A stretch of 64,000 nucleotides of DNA from an uncultured Alphaproteobacteria bacterium. GTDB taxonomy: Bacteria; Pseudomonadota; Alphaproteobacteria; Rs-D84. Shown here piece after piece: positions 1-9,180 of this stretch (the stretch's first letter is position 1; each line of letters begins with the position of its first letter). The DNA is taken from contig CANBCI010000003.1 of NCBI GenBank assembly GCA_947367055.1, forward strand, positions 161,508 to 225,507. The letters are read 5' to 3'. The notes under the pieces were generated by a model. It was not told the DNA's origin. It made no database searches and saw nothing but the letters and a program-made list of their open reading frames with translations. A program made the position numbers and the translations under genes.

Positions 1-817
1 CATATCGCCCCATGGCCCAGCATACGAATACCGAGATAAATGAAAACACCGTTGTAAGAATACCCAGATTTAAATTCGTGTTAAACATGTAAACGGTGTA
101 CATTGTTATAATTGTTCCCAATGCCCCGGACAGGGTAAATCCGCGTAAAATCTCGATAAAAAATATAACGCGAATAATCGGGAATCGCATCATGCAACTG
201 AAAAAACCCAGGAAATCAACCGGCGCCCTTGACCGGTGTCGCGACGAAGAGATAAGCAAAGTTGCGGCAAATTCCAACACCGCCAATATCAGCAATACAT
301 AAGCCACCTGGACATACGAACTGGTTGAAATGAACAACCCCAGGGCCACCGGCGCGACGATTTTTGTTAAAAATGACACGGCGGAATTTAGTCCGACATA
401 TCGCCTCATCTGTGCGACGGATGCCTTTTCATGCAGCATTGTGTGCATCGGCAGATAAAAGAACACGCCACTGATACCATACAGAATACCCAATGGCATT
501 ACATATTCAATAGTTTTGTCGCCCAAAAATATTATCAACAGCAACAATATTATTTTAGGTATCAGATTAAATCGAAACACTGCGACTTTGTTTCGGCATT
601 TAACCCAGTATGCAATCGCAAAGAAACCGACTGCAATCACCGCGTAATAAAACAAATTATATATACCGACGGCAACTATTTCGTTTGACGCGTTTTGCAT
701 TATAAACGAAGTAAAGAATGTAAGCAGGAACAAATCCGATATTTTATGAAACGCGTTAAACAATATCATTAAATTTAGGTCACGCGACAATTTTACCGGC
801 GTGTCTTTAGATTTCAT
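1..817 (-). pseudogene. polytopic membrane transporter-like gene (MFS-like), start ATG at 817 with GGAGAGAGAG SD, interrupted by single in-frame TGA at 506-508; continues open to window edge
   Basis: Manual minus-strand translation gives MKSKDTPVKLSRDLNLMILF...GRQNY*ICNAIGYSDGISGVFFYLPMHTML...VFVCWAMGRY. It is hydrophobic throughout. One stop interrupts an otherwise roughly 270-codon frame. This ORF is not in the supplied track. Confidence 0.4.
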
Positions 818-927
818 AACTCTCTCTCCAGGAATAACAACGGAGGGTATTTTATCACAAAAATCCTATAAATGGAAATTTTATGTAAACATTTGACAGG
901 GGCACGCCCGCATTGCATAATAAGATT

Positions 928-1047
928 ATGAAAAGAGCATTTTTATTTTTGGTTGTAATTTGCACATTTGCGGTGTCGGCATGTGGCGTAAAATCCGAAT
1001 TGGCGCGTCCGAACGATTCATATCCGCGCAATTACCCGATATATTAA
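928..1047 (+). CDS. small predicted lipoprotein (39 aa, MKRAFLFLVVICTFAVSAC lipobox)
   Basis: A short ORF with a signal peptide plus Cys lipobox. TTGACA-17-CATAAT-like promoter lies upstream. It falls below the track size cutoff. Confidence 0.3.
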   Translation: MKRAFLFLVVICTFAVSACGVKSELARPNDSYPRNYPIY

Positions 1048-1067
1048 AAAAACAGAAAAATATATTT

Positions 1068-1152
<85 letters not shown>

Positions 1153-1246
1153 GGTGCATACATAAAAACATTTTATGATAAAAAATGCTTGATTTCCAGT
1201 AAAATTTACCCTAAAATCACACGCAGAATAAGAAAAGGCATATAAA

Positions 1247-1426
1247 ATGGCATCTAAAAAAGGCAATAAGGAAGTATTTGCATTGGCGAATCCGGAAACG
1301 GGGTACTTCTATATCAAATCTAAAAATACCAAGTCGGAAAATACCGCCGGCAAAATGAAAATGCGCAAATACGATCCGAAATTGCGCAAGCATGTGGTTA
1401 TGACCGAAAGAAAAATGCCTCACTAA
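1247..1426 (+). CDS. rpmG: 50S ribosomal protein L33
   Basis: The 59 aa product MASKKGNKEVFALANPETGYFYIKSKNTKSENTAGKMKMRKYDPKLRKHVVMTERK matches the L33 pattern. It is below the track cutoff. Confidence 0.85.
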   Translation: MASKKGNKEVFALANPETGYFYIKSKNTKSENTAGKMKMRKYDPKLRKHVVMTERKMPH

Positions 1427-1451
1427 TATTTGTGACGCATTACGCAATTTG

Positions 1452-1480
1452 AAATCCCCGCACCCGCGGGGATTTGCTTT
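1452..1480. terminator. bidirectional rho-independent terminator (AAATCCCCGC-ACCC-GCGGGGATTT)
   Basis: A 10 bp perfect stem lies between convergent rpmG and the OMP gene. Confidence 0.6.
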
Positions 1481-1481
1481 A

Positions 1482-2066
1482 CTAGAATATATATTCCAGC
1501 CCGATTGTGACGGCATGCCGGCGCCCCTTTAGCGTTGTTGGCACATCCAACGCATCAAAGTCAAACCGCGCCCAGGTGTGCAGCCAGTTCACCTTTAACG
1601 ACAACCCGTCGTATAACCATATCCGCGCGCCCAGCCCCAATCCATAAGTGAACGCCAGTTCGGATATGTCGAGTAATTCATCGTCATACGATATATGCCC
1701 GATGCCAAGTTCCCCCATTATAAACGGCGTGGTTTCAAATGGTAATATCGGTAATTCCAGCCGCGCCGTTAAATTTTGCATACGGAAATCATCAATATCA
1801 AATCCGGCCATATTCGCAGATAATGCGAAAGCGCCGGTGTTATACCCCGCACCGATACTGTAATTGCCAAAGTGCCCATGATACGACACAGAATCAGACA
1901 CCAAGTCAGCAATATTGATTTTGATATTTGATTTGGAATACGCGTCCAGCCCGGCATAAATAAAAAAGCCCTCGTCCTTTGGGTCACCGGACAGGCGTTC
2001 TGATTCGGCATACGCGGTGTTCGCGGCAAGAATCGTGGCCAACACGACCACGGATATTTTGTGCAT
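1482..2066 (-). CDS. outer-membrane beta-barrel protein (OmpA-like/OmpW-like porin family)
   Basis: It has a signal peptide, alternating hydrophobic beta-strands, and a C-terminal aromatic residue (…GLEYIF). Confidence 0.7.
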   Translation of the reverse strand: MHKISVVVLATILAANTAYAESERLSGDPKDEGFFIYAGLDAYSKSNIKINIADLVSDSVSYHGHFGNYSIGAGYNTGAFALSANMAGFDIDDFRMQNLTARLELPILPFETTPFIMGELGIGHISYDDELLDISELAFTYGLGLGARIWLYDGLSLKVNWLHTWARFDFDALDVPTTLKGRRHAVTIGLEYIF

Positions 2067-2208
2067 GGTTCATCCCCCATTGTTTGCATTTATACAAAAA
2101 CAAAAACCACTGGAAATTATTTCAAGTGGTTGGAGGTAGTAACAATACAAAACGAATTGCCCGGTTATTTATATATATCCCGGCCCCCAACCATTAGTTG
2201 GAGTGTTT
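2067..2208 (-). promoter_or_regulatory. conserved structured leader, copy C (P1 CUCCAAC/GGUUGGGG, P2 CCGGG stem, terminator CCUCCAACCAC...GUGGUUUUUGUUUUUG) upstream of OMP gene
   Basis: The minus strand reads ...ACACTCCAACTAATGGTTGGGGGCCGGGATATATATAAATAACCGGG...CCTCCAACCACTTGAAATAATTTCCAGTGGTTTTTGTTTTTG, 27 nt before the ATG. The architecture matches copies at 11695 and 54820. Confidence 0.5.
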
Positions 2209-2528
2209 AACGCCCGCACAGGCGGTTTTGTATAAGGGTTACTAGCCCCATTTGCAGCAGGACAGCCCATTGCAATCATATTGTATCATATACATTTACA
2301 ATTGCAACCGCCAAAATCTTTTAGAAGACCGGGGCGGGAGTCTACAGACACATCTTTGGTATGTGTTGGTTTATTCAATATATTCACCAACCTCCCAACC
2401 CCGAATGGGTTGAAAGTTTTACGCCTGTACGGGCAACCAAAGACCGAGTCTGTATATTCTCGGGCAACAGAAATCCTGTTGCAATCGGTACTATATCCTA
2501 AATATCCGGAATATGCAATAAAATAAAA

Positions 2529-2653
2529 CTGGATTGCCGCGGTCGCACTGCTCCCTCGCAATGACAAGGCCGAGATTAAACGCCCGGCAAACGAACGTTC
2601 GTATATTAAGTTCTTAATCCCTTTGTCATTGCGAGCGTAGCGAAGCAATCCAG
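2529..2653. repeat. nested-palindrome MITE/REP-like element, long variant (outer IR CTGGATTGC/GCAATCCAG, inner IR CGCAATGACAAG/CTTGTCATTGCG, core TTAAGTTCTTAATCCC)
   Basis: The inverted repeats are visible directly. It is a paralogous copy of the element at 3079-3172. Confidence 0.7.
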
Positions 2654-2678
2654 TTAATAACACTCGCAACACAAATTA

Positions 2679-2987
2679 TTATCGTATCCAAAACATATCT
2701 TGTTCAGACAAATCAAGCCAATCGGGATTTATTGATTCTATCAATGCAATTTTATTTTTGCGCGAACCAGATTTTAATTTTTTCTCTCGTTCCAAGGCAT
2801 CATTTACATAATTAAATTCTTCATAATATCCCAATTTATTGCAACCATATTTTGCGGTAAATGATTTTGGGGAAACTTTTGTTTTGTGTTCATGCACGCG
2901 GCGAACAACATCATTAGTGACGCCGACATACAGGGTGCCGTTGCGTTTGTTAAACATAATATAAACATAAAATTTATATTCTTTCAC
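2679..2987 (-). CDS. GIY-YIG nuclease superfamily protein (UPF0213/YhbQ-like)
   Basis: The N-terminal FYVYIM...GTLYVGVTNDVVRRVHEH motif is typical of a GIY-YIG domain. Length is about 100 aa. Confidence 0.7.
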   Translation of the reverse strand: MKEYKFYVYIMFNKRNGTLYVGVTNDVVRRVHEHKTKVSPKSFTAKYGCNKLGYYEEFNYVNDALEREKKLKSGSRKNKIALIESINPDWLDLSEQDMFWIR

Positions 2988-3078
2988 TTATTAAACTATA
3001 TCATATATTAGATTTTATTTCATATTATTTACAGTTGCCATGTGATTTAATAAATTGATTATGCTGCGCGCAATACCA

Positions 3079-3172
3079 CTGGATTGCTTCACTTCGTTCG
3101 CAATGACAAGTTCGTTATTAAGTTCTTAATCCCGTTGTCATTGCGAGGAGTGTTAACGACGAAGCAATCCAG
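3079..3172. repeat. nested-palindrome MITE/REP-like element, short variant
   Basis: It shares CTGGATTGC...CGCAATGACAAG...ATTAAGTTCTTAATCCC...TTGTCATTGCGAG...GAAGCAATCCAG with the 2529-2653 copy. It lacks a roughly 35 bp internal segment present in that copy. Confidence 0.7.
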
Positions 3173-3195
3173 TAAATAAATACAATTGGCACAAA

Positions 3196-3231
3196 TAAAA
3201 AAATCCCGTCGGTGATGAAACACCGACGGGG
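3196..3231 (-). terminator. rho-independent terminator (CCCGTCGGTG-ATGAAA-CACCGACGGG + U-run) for gene 3289..3624
   Basis: A hairpin plus A-run on the + strand lies downstream of the minus-strand stop. Confidence 0.6.
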
Positions 3232-3288
3232 CTCCCTTCCTTCCGGATTGTCCGGAAACTTTTGTGACCCGCAAAATATTTCGGGCTA

Positions 3289-3624
3289 TTATGCGGCGCG
3301 CAGTGTGGCCGGGCTTTCGTCGCCCTCTGCCGCGTCCATTATCTTTTTCGCCTCGGCAAAAACCATGCCCTTTACACGCAGCGCCAATGTCTTGGTATCC
3401 ATGGTTTCGGCCGCAATGTCAAAGTTATCTGTGCGTATCTGCAACGATACATACGCCCCCACCAGCGATGTGCGCGGCAAATCTTCTATTGAACGGGGCG
3501 CGTTGTTGTTCCCAATCTGTAATTCATCGGCCAGCGATATTATCTGCCGGTCTTCGTTCACCCATACCGTCGTCGTTAAAACTTGGTTCAGGGCAATCAT
3601 TATTTCTTTGATGTTCTTTGGCAT
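3289..3624 (-). CDS. hypothetical protein (111 aa), divergent from mraZ
   Basis: A clean ORF followed by a terminator. No family recognised. Confidence 0.45.
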   Translation of the reverse strand: MPKNIKEIMIALNQVLTTTVWVNEDRQIISLADELQIGNNNAPRSIEDLPRTSLVGAYVSLQIRTDNFDIAAETMDTKTLALRVKGMVFAEAKKIMDAAEGDESPATLRAA

Positions 3625-4001
3625 GTGCGGGTCCCTCCTTTCTGGGCTGGTGTTAAAATTTCAACCAAACTTTGTATTTACATCGTGTATTTACAAAAAT
3701 TTAATTAAAATTTATTGTTTCGTTTTTTGTTTTTCGCGAAAATCCGGTTTTTTGGCGGATTTTCGGGCTTTTTTGTTCTTTTCCCCTTGTCTATACACGA
3801 ATCATAGAACAAAAACGAATCGCAGGTCAAGCGAAAATTTCATTTATTTTAATTTTATTTTAATTTTTTCATGTTTTACTTATAAAACCATAAAATCCCA
3901 TAATTTGATTATAAAATGTCATTGACAACCAAATTTTGGCATGCTAAATTTTAATCGAAGCCAACCGAAAGACCGCGGGTCGCACCCAAACAAAGGTTAA
4001 A

Positions 4002-4454
4002 ATGTCATTGTTTCTCTCATCTTATGAAAATCGTTTGGATAGCAAGGGGCGTATTTCCGTACCCGCTTCTTTCCGGGCTTCGGTTTCTGGCGACAGTTTT
4101 CCCGGCGTTGTGCTTTACCGTTCTTTTACCAACAATTGTATCGAGGGCATGACCATGCGCCGAATGGAACAATTGGCCGCCGCGGCCGATAACAGCATGG
4201 GCGTCTTTGACGGGGCGTTGGACGATTTGTCGGCGATGCTGTTTGCGGATGCGCGACCGTTGTCGTTCGATGTGACGGGCCGCATTGTAATCCCGGCGGA
4301 TTTATTGGCGCACGCAGATATTCATGACACGGCCGTATTTGTCGGCCGCGGCAACAGTTTCCAGATTTGGAACCCCGACGCATTCCGCGCCGCCCAGGAA
4401 CGGGCACTGGGGAACCTGCGCACGGCGCGCCCGAATATAAAAATCGGCGCATAA
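4002..4454 (+). CDS. mraZ: transcriptional regulator MraZ
   Basis: It contains the LDSKGRISVPASFR motif plus a second repeat (DVTGRIVIPADL), the duplicated MraZ fold. A TTGACA-17-TAAATT promoter sits at about 3914-3942. Confidence 0.8.
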   Translation: MSLFLSSYENRLDSKGRISVPASFRASVSGDSFPGVVLYRSFTNNCIEGMTMRRMEQLAAAADNSMGVFDGALDDLSAMLFADARPLSFDVTGRIVIPADLLAHADIHDTAVFVGRGNSFQIWNPDAFRAAQERALGNLRTARPNIKIGA

Positions 4455-4575
4455 TAATCCAATTTAATTTTTATAAAAATATCCGCGGCCGTGCGGCGGC
4501 GCGAATGTACGGCACGCCGGTCGACGCAATGCCGCGGACGTATCACGCGCCACAGTTTTCCAATTGCGCGCAAAT

Positions 4576-4605
4576 AAAAATCCCGCAGGTTGCGGGATTT
4601 TATTT
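4576..4605. terminator. bidirectional terminator AAAAATCCCGCA-GGT-TGCGGGATTTT
   Basis: A perfect hairpin lies between mraZ (+) and the convergent large secreted-protein gene. Confidence 0.6.
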
Positions 4606-6869
4606 TATGGTGTCGGTGCCGTTTCTTTTTTGCAAGAACCATTATTATCTAGTGCCATTCCGGTCGGACATATGCACTGACCGCTATTATCACGAACCGA
4701 CCCGGTCCATGTACCGTTGGATAATACGCATTTGCTTTTCTCTGTAGTCAAACTAGTATTTACCGCATCATCCAACCATTCATGAATCTTGGCATCGGCC
4801 GTCACATTTTCAGACGACTCGCCATTAACACTCATACATGTGCCGATTATGGATTTGCACGCACTAATCGACGCATTGGACGGATTGGTGGTGTTGTATG
4901 AATATGTGTTATATCCGTATGTCGTGCTGTTCCGGTTCAGACAGGTCACCACCTCTGAAACGCAGGTTTCCGCATAATCGGACAGGATTGTATCCTGGGC
5001 CGCTTTTATTTGTGGCAGAACGCGTTCCATATAGTTTTTAATAACCTGGTTATTCGTTTGATATTGGTTGTTCGAAAAACTGTAATCCTGGCACATGTTC
5101 AGAACAGATGCGCACATACCGTCGGCCTTGCCAGTTTGACTGTCAATTCGGCCGATTTTCTGTTGCAGGAAATTTGCCATGACGGAATCCGCCTTGTCCG
5201 GGAATGTGCTGGTCACATACGCACTGATATAATCTGACAGGGTTCCGCTATCCCATGCGTTTTGGCCGCTGTTATAATTCCAGGTCGCATAGATTGTGCC
5301 GGTCTTGCTGTTTTTTGTATCACCGGGCGTTCCGGGCAAACTGCCCGCGACAACATCGCCCGCAACAATGAATTTGCCCGTCGGGTCCAGACAGTTTTCA
5401 TAATTCGTGCCGCAGACGAAATCTTCCTGCATGCACTTGTCCAATTCCGTCACGCATTCGCGCAGGTTGTACGCATTCTTTTGCTGGGACACCTGCAGAC
5501 GCGCGTTTTGCAGCAATACCTTTGCATTGCTGACCATTGATGACATTTGTGCATTGGACTCATTCAGGCTGCGTTCATACGCGATGCACTGCTTGTCAAT
5601 TTCCAGGTCATACGCGTTTGTGATGATTGATATGTCGACACCCTGGGCCTGGCAACTGTTCAGAACGGACGCCTTGCACCGGGCGGTTGCGGTCTTGTAA
5701 AGTTGCGCGCCGCGCTGGTTGCTGATGCTGTTTGTGGCGGATGTGTTCAGTATGCTGCCTGTGCCGATACTGGCCAGATTGAAGCCCGAACTATCCAACG
5801 AGAAATTCAACAGCCCGGACAAATCCGTTGAAACGCCCGATGTGGACGATGACGCCGTGCCGGTGTTGACATCAATAATCATGCCCTTGATTTTATCCAG
5901 GTTGCTTTTCAACTGGCTGGTGTCTGTGGATGACGACAGTTGTAATTCCGCCTCGGTCGCTTGGAACAAGCTCTCGACCTGGGTGGCCGTTAAACCGATG
6001 TAGCGCATGTTTTGCGCAACATTTTGCAATTCTTCGGTTGCCTTTTTCAATGCCTGTTCCGTCTTTTCATAATTGGCCAGATTGGAACTGCAGCTGCAAC
6101 GCCCCTGATTATCGTCCAGCACATTACAGAAATTATCCATACACGATGTGTACTGTGCCTTGCAAAAATCGGTGATTTGCGCCAATTCATCCATTGTTGC
6201 GGTGGTCGTTGCCGTGGATGTGGTTGTACCGCTATCCGTGGTCAGACCCATTTGAATTGACGGAACGCGCGCACTGACGGACGCGGTGGTTCCGCGAACG
6301 CCGACGCGGCCGGTGTACAGCGGCGCCGTCACCGTGTTTGACTGAATAATCGATGCGCGCGCGGCAACATTATTTCCGCCCGATGTTGTGACGGTATTGC
6401 GCCGTGTGGCGGTTGTCGTGGCCGAATTAGTGGTTGTGGCACTGCGCGCGGTGGATGTCGGGCGAACAGTTCTTGTCGATGATGCGGCGCGGGGCGCAAC
6501 CGTGCCGTTGGCCGCCGTTGTACTGCGCGCGGTGACGGTCGCGGTGCGTGTGCCGGCCGTACGCGAAGATGTGCCACGCGGTGATACGTTTCCGGTATTG
6601 GATGACACGACCCGTGTTGCGGTCGTTGTATTGCGGCCCGCATTGCGCGTTGCGCGCGCCGTGGGCGTTGCGACAACGGCCGGCGACACCGTCGGCTGGG
6701 GGGCCGGCTGCGTATTGGCCTGATCCGGCGCAATTTCTTCGTATTCCGCGCCAAACTGAACATAACCGTCATCGGTCATTTCAATTTCGTCATCGTAATA
6801 TATTGGCGCAACCTCCGCAAATGCGGGCAAAACCAATAATCCACTTAACACGGCAATAAATCTTTTCAT
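4605..6869 (-). CDS. large secreted Cys-rich protein (754 aa): signal peptide, approx 200 aa Thr/Ala/Arg-rich low-complexity region, coiled-coil, Cys-rich modules with EGF-like CxCxxG motif near C-terminus
   Basis: It has a signal peptide MKRFIAVLSGLLVLPAFA, many regularly spaced Cys, and GQCICPTGMALDNNGSC at the C-terminus. It looks paralogous to 51803..53659. Confidence 0.7.
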   Translation of the reverse strand: MKRFIAVLSGLLVLPAFAEVAPIYYDDEIEMTDDGYVQFGAEYEEIAPDQANTQPAPQPTVSPAVVATPTARATRNAGRNTTTATRVVSSNTGNVSPRGTSSRTAGTRTATVTARSTTAANGTVAPRAASSTRTVRPTSTARSATTTNSATTTATRRNTVTTSGGNNVAARASIIQSNTVTAPLYTGRVGVRGTTASVSARVPSIQMGLTTDSGTTTSTATTTATMDELAQITDFCKAQYTSCMDNFCNVLDDNQGRCSCSSNLANYEKTEQALKKATEELQNVAQNMRYIGLTATQVESLFQATEAELQLSSSTDTSQLKSNLDKIKGMIIDVNTGTASSSTSGVSTDLSGLLNFSLDSSGFNLASIGTGSILNTSATNSISNQRGAQLYKTATARCKASVLNSCQAQGVDISIITNAYDLEIDKQCIAYERSLNESNAQMSSMVSNAKVLLQNARLQVSQQKNAYNLRECVTELDKCMQEDFVCGTNYENCLDPTGKFIVAGDVVAGSLPGTPGDTKNSKTGTIYATWNYNSGQNAWDSGTLSDYISAYVTSTFPDKADSVMANFLQQKIGRIDSQTGKADGMCASVLNMCQDYSFSNNQYQTNNQVIKNYMERVLPQIKAAQDTILSDYAETCVSEVVTCLNRNSTTYGYNTYSYNTTNPSNASISACKSIIGTCMSVNGESSENVTADAKIHEWLDDAVNTSLTTEKSKCVLSNGTWTGSVRDNSGQCICPTGMALDNNGSCKKETAPTP

Positions 6870-7012
6870 ACGGAATCTTCCCTTCTATTATGATAATTTT
6901 ATCACAATGGCGCCCTGCAATCAAATGAAAAATAGGCGTTTGACAATGTGCGATTTGAAATGTTTTGCATATTCGCCCCGCGAAAAAAGGTTATGTTTTT
7001 TAATGAATTTTC

Positions 7013-7041
7013 TTGTAAAATATTGCAGTGATGTATATAAT
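7013..7041 (+). promoter_or_regulatory. sigma70-like promoter TTGTAA-17-TATAAT for PLD gene
   Basis: Consensus hexamers with 17 nt spacing lie about 30 nt upstream of the ATG at 7070. Confidence 0.45.
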
Positions 7042-7069
7042 CGCCAAAAAGAATTTTTTAGGGTGGAAA

Positions 7070-8659
7070 ATGTTTTCGCAATTCAAGAAAGTATCAATGT
7101 GTCTGGTGGCGCTGCCGCTGTTCGGGTGCACAACTGTGCCGACGACAACGCGCGACCCGCGCCTGAACGGATATGAGGCAAAAATAACCGACGCCGATTT
7201 TGATTACGACCCCATGCAGACCCCGATTGCACAGTGCTATGCCGGGGAACTGACAAACGGGTCTGAAATCAGTGGTGCCACACTTATCGAAGACGGCCTA
7301 TCCGCGTTTGTTATTCGTGCGGCCTTTGCACGCATGGCGACCAAGACCATTGATTTGCAAACCTATATCTACAGCAATGATTTCACATCCCACATTTTAA
7401 TCGGCGAACTGAAAAAGGCCGCCGACCGCGGGGTCAAGGTGCGAATACTGCTGGACGATTACGGCACACAGTCGGACATTGTCGATGTGATTTTGCTGAA
7501 CCAGCACCCGAATATAGAGGTCAAGGTTTTCAACACCGTATCAAACCGCACGCGCCTGTTGTATTATCCGCAGTTTTTAATGGATTTCAACCGACTGAAT
7601 TCGCGCATGCACAACAAACTGTTCATTGTTGACAATGTTGCGTACATAACGGGCGGCCGCAATGTGGGCAGCAATTATTTCTATCCGGAAACGGCATCAA
7701 ATTTCTCCGATACGGACGTATTGTTCCTGGGGGACATGACGCGTTATGCAACGCAAAGTTTTAATGAATACTGGACGCATCACCTGGCGATTCCGGCATC
7801 TGTTTTCCCAAAGGCAAACTCCAAAAAGGCCATGCGCAAATTAGAAGGGAAATTCCAACGTCTGCAGACCGAAGGTGCGGATGAACTGCGCAAGTACAAC
7901 ACGATTATTTCCATGGCGCAGCGCGAATACAAAACCAAAAAATTTGACTTCAGTTGGGGACACGGAAAGTTCTTGGCCGACCCCCCGCAAAAGGTTGAAA
8001 TGACCATGCGCGAAAAAGAATTGTATCGCGGCGAAATTATCACCGCGCTGCAAAACCTGTGGGATAAAACCCGCAACAATGTTTATTTGTCGGCGGCGTA
8101 TTTTGTCCCGGGCCAAGGTGGTCTGGAACACATGCTGCGCGAGGAAAATTCCGGCGTCCACCTGACCATTGTGACAAATTCGCTGGCGTCTACAAATGCG
8201 CCGACGGTTTATGCCAAGTGGGAAAAATACCGCAAGAAACTGATTGAATCGGGTGCGGACGTTTATGAATTTATGTTGTCGGCGGAAAATCTGCGCGGCA
8301 AGCAGCATGACCGCGAACGAAAGCAGTCTAGTTTTTCCGTTCTGCACAGCAAAACAATTGTGTTTGACGACGACATTTCATGGATAGGCAGTTTCAACCT
8401 GGATCCGCGCAGCGCGTATTTCAACACCGAAAATGTCGCGATATTTGAAAGCCGTGATTTCGCCCAGAAATTGCGCGACATGATTATAAAGGACACGCAG
8501 ACATCATGGCATGTGACACTGGACGACGGGCAGCCTGTTTGGACGGGAATGCGTCCGGGCGACCCGGCGCCGCGTGTATATCATCGCAGCCCCGACACCA
8601 CCATTTTCCGCCGAATATTGAAGGTGATGACGCGACTGGTGCCGGAAAAATTTGTGTAA
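7070..8659 (+). CDS. phospholipase D family protein / cardiolipin synthase-like lipoprotein (two HKD motifs)
   Basis: It carries HNKLFIVDN...GGRN and LHSKTIVFDD...GSFNLDPRS HKD motifs. The probable start is M at 7070 (lipoprotein signal ...LFGCTT). The track start 7028 overlaps the promoter. Confidence 0.8.
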   Translation: MFSQFKKVSMCLVALPLFGCTTVPTTTRDPRLNGYEAKITDADFDYDPMQTPIAQCYAGELTNGSEISGATLIEDGLSAFVIRAAFARMATKTIDLQTYIYSNDFTSHILIGELKKAADRGVKVRILLDDYGTQSDIVDVILLNQHPNIEVKVFNTVSNRTRLLYYPQFLMDFNRLNSRMHNKLFIVDNVAYITGGRNVGSNYFYPETASNFSDTDVLFLGDMTRYATQSFNEYWTHHLAIPASVFPKANSKKAMRKLEGKFQRLQTEGADELRKYNTIISMAQREYKTKKFDFSWGHGKFLADPPQKVEMTMREKELYRGEIITALQNLWDKTRNNVYLSAAYFVPGQGGLEHMLREENSGVHLTIVTNSLASTNAPTVYAKWEKYRKKLIESGADVYEFMLSAENLRGKQHDRERKQSSFSVLHSKTIVFDDDISWIGSFNLDPRSAYFNTENVAIFESRDFAQKLRDMIIKDTQTSWHVTLDDGQPVWTGMRPGDPAPRVYHRSPDTTIFRRILKVMTRLVPEKFV

Positions 8660-8699
8660 ATAAAACGCGTAAAAAAATGCCGCCCACGCGGCATTTTAC

Positions 8700-9110
8700 T
8701 TATTTGAAAAAATCCGGCATTCGTGGTTTTTTACCGTCATATATGGCAAGCGTTCCCGCCTTTAGTGCCTTGGCGTAATACTTGATTTTGAAATCGATTA
8801 TTTCCAATGTTTTGTTCAAGGATTCCAATTGTTCCTGGGCGACGCGTTTGCGTTCGACGAACATGTCATATCGCTGCTGTATGCTGTCATCGCCGACGGC
8901 GACCCATTCCATAAACTGACGAATATCAGTCAAACTCATCCCGGTTTTTTTCAAACACTCAATTATCCCCAGCGCATTTATATCATTCGGGCCGAAATCG
9001 CGTATGCCGCCGCGACGCTTTGCAATTTGCGGTAATAATCCGGATTTTTCATAAAACCGCAATGTGTGCTCGGACAATCCGGTCATCTTTGAAACTTCAC
9101 CTATTCTCAT
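8700..9110 (-). CDS. MerR family transcriptional regulator
   Basis: The N-terminal HTH (MRIGEVSKMTGLSEHTLRFYEKSGLL) is followed by a coiled-coil dimerisation helix. No C-terminal Cys cluster is present. Confidence 0.8.
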   Translation of the reverse strand: MRIGEVSKMTGLSEHTLRFYEKSGLLPQIAKRRGGIRDFGPNDINALGIIECLKKTGMSLTDIRQFMEWVAVGDDSIQQRYDMFVERKRVAQEQLESLNKTLEIIDFKIKYYAKALKAGTLAIYDGKKPRMPDFFK

Positions 9111-9124
9111 TTTATAAAAAACCT

Positions 9125-9155
9125 CTTGCGTTAGAGTTAAGTCTAGGGTTTATAA
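9125..9155 (+). promoter_or_regulatory. MerR-type promoter: TTGCGT -19 nt spacer (TAGAGTTAAGTCTAGGGTT, dyad TAGA..TCTA) - TATAAT
   Basis: A 19 bp spacer between -35 and -10 with an internal dyad is the hallmark of MerR-activated promoters. It is divergent from the merR-family gene. Confidence 0.55.
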
Positions 9156-9180
9156 TGCATAAAGTCAAGGAGGAAAAATT

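Noticed and set aside
506-508. TGA recoding (Trp/Gly/Sec) as an explanation for the in-frame TGA in the transporter gene
   Set aside because: TGA is used as an ordinary stop by the kefB-like gene at 44436. All other genes use TAA and none requires TGA readthrough. A pseudogene or a sequencing error is more parsimonious.
3212-3925. Track ORFs 3212-3925 (+, 237 aa) and 3264-3611 (+, 115 aa)
   Set aside because: They overlap the better-supported minus-strand gene 3289-3624 and its terminator. They also run through the AT-rich intergenic region, and their composition is Ser/Phe/Cys-rich with no RBS. They are spurious frames.
6329-6859. Arg/Pro-rich antisense and alternative-frame ORFs (6329-6772, 6388-6723, 6548-6859) inside the Thr/Ala/Arg low-complexity region of the 754 aa secreted protein
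   Set aside because: They are a by-product of the GC-rich repetitive coding region. The minus-strand frame with a signal peptide and Cys modules is the real gene.
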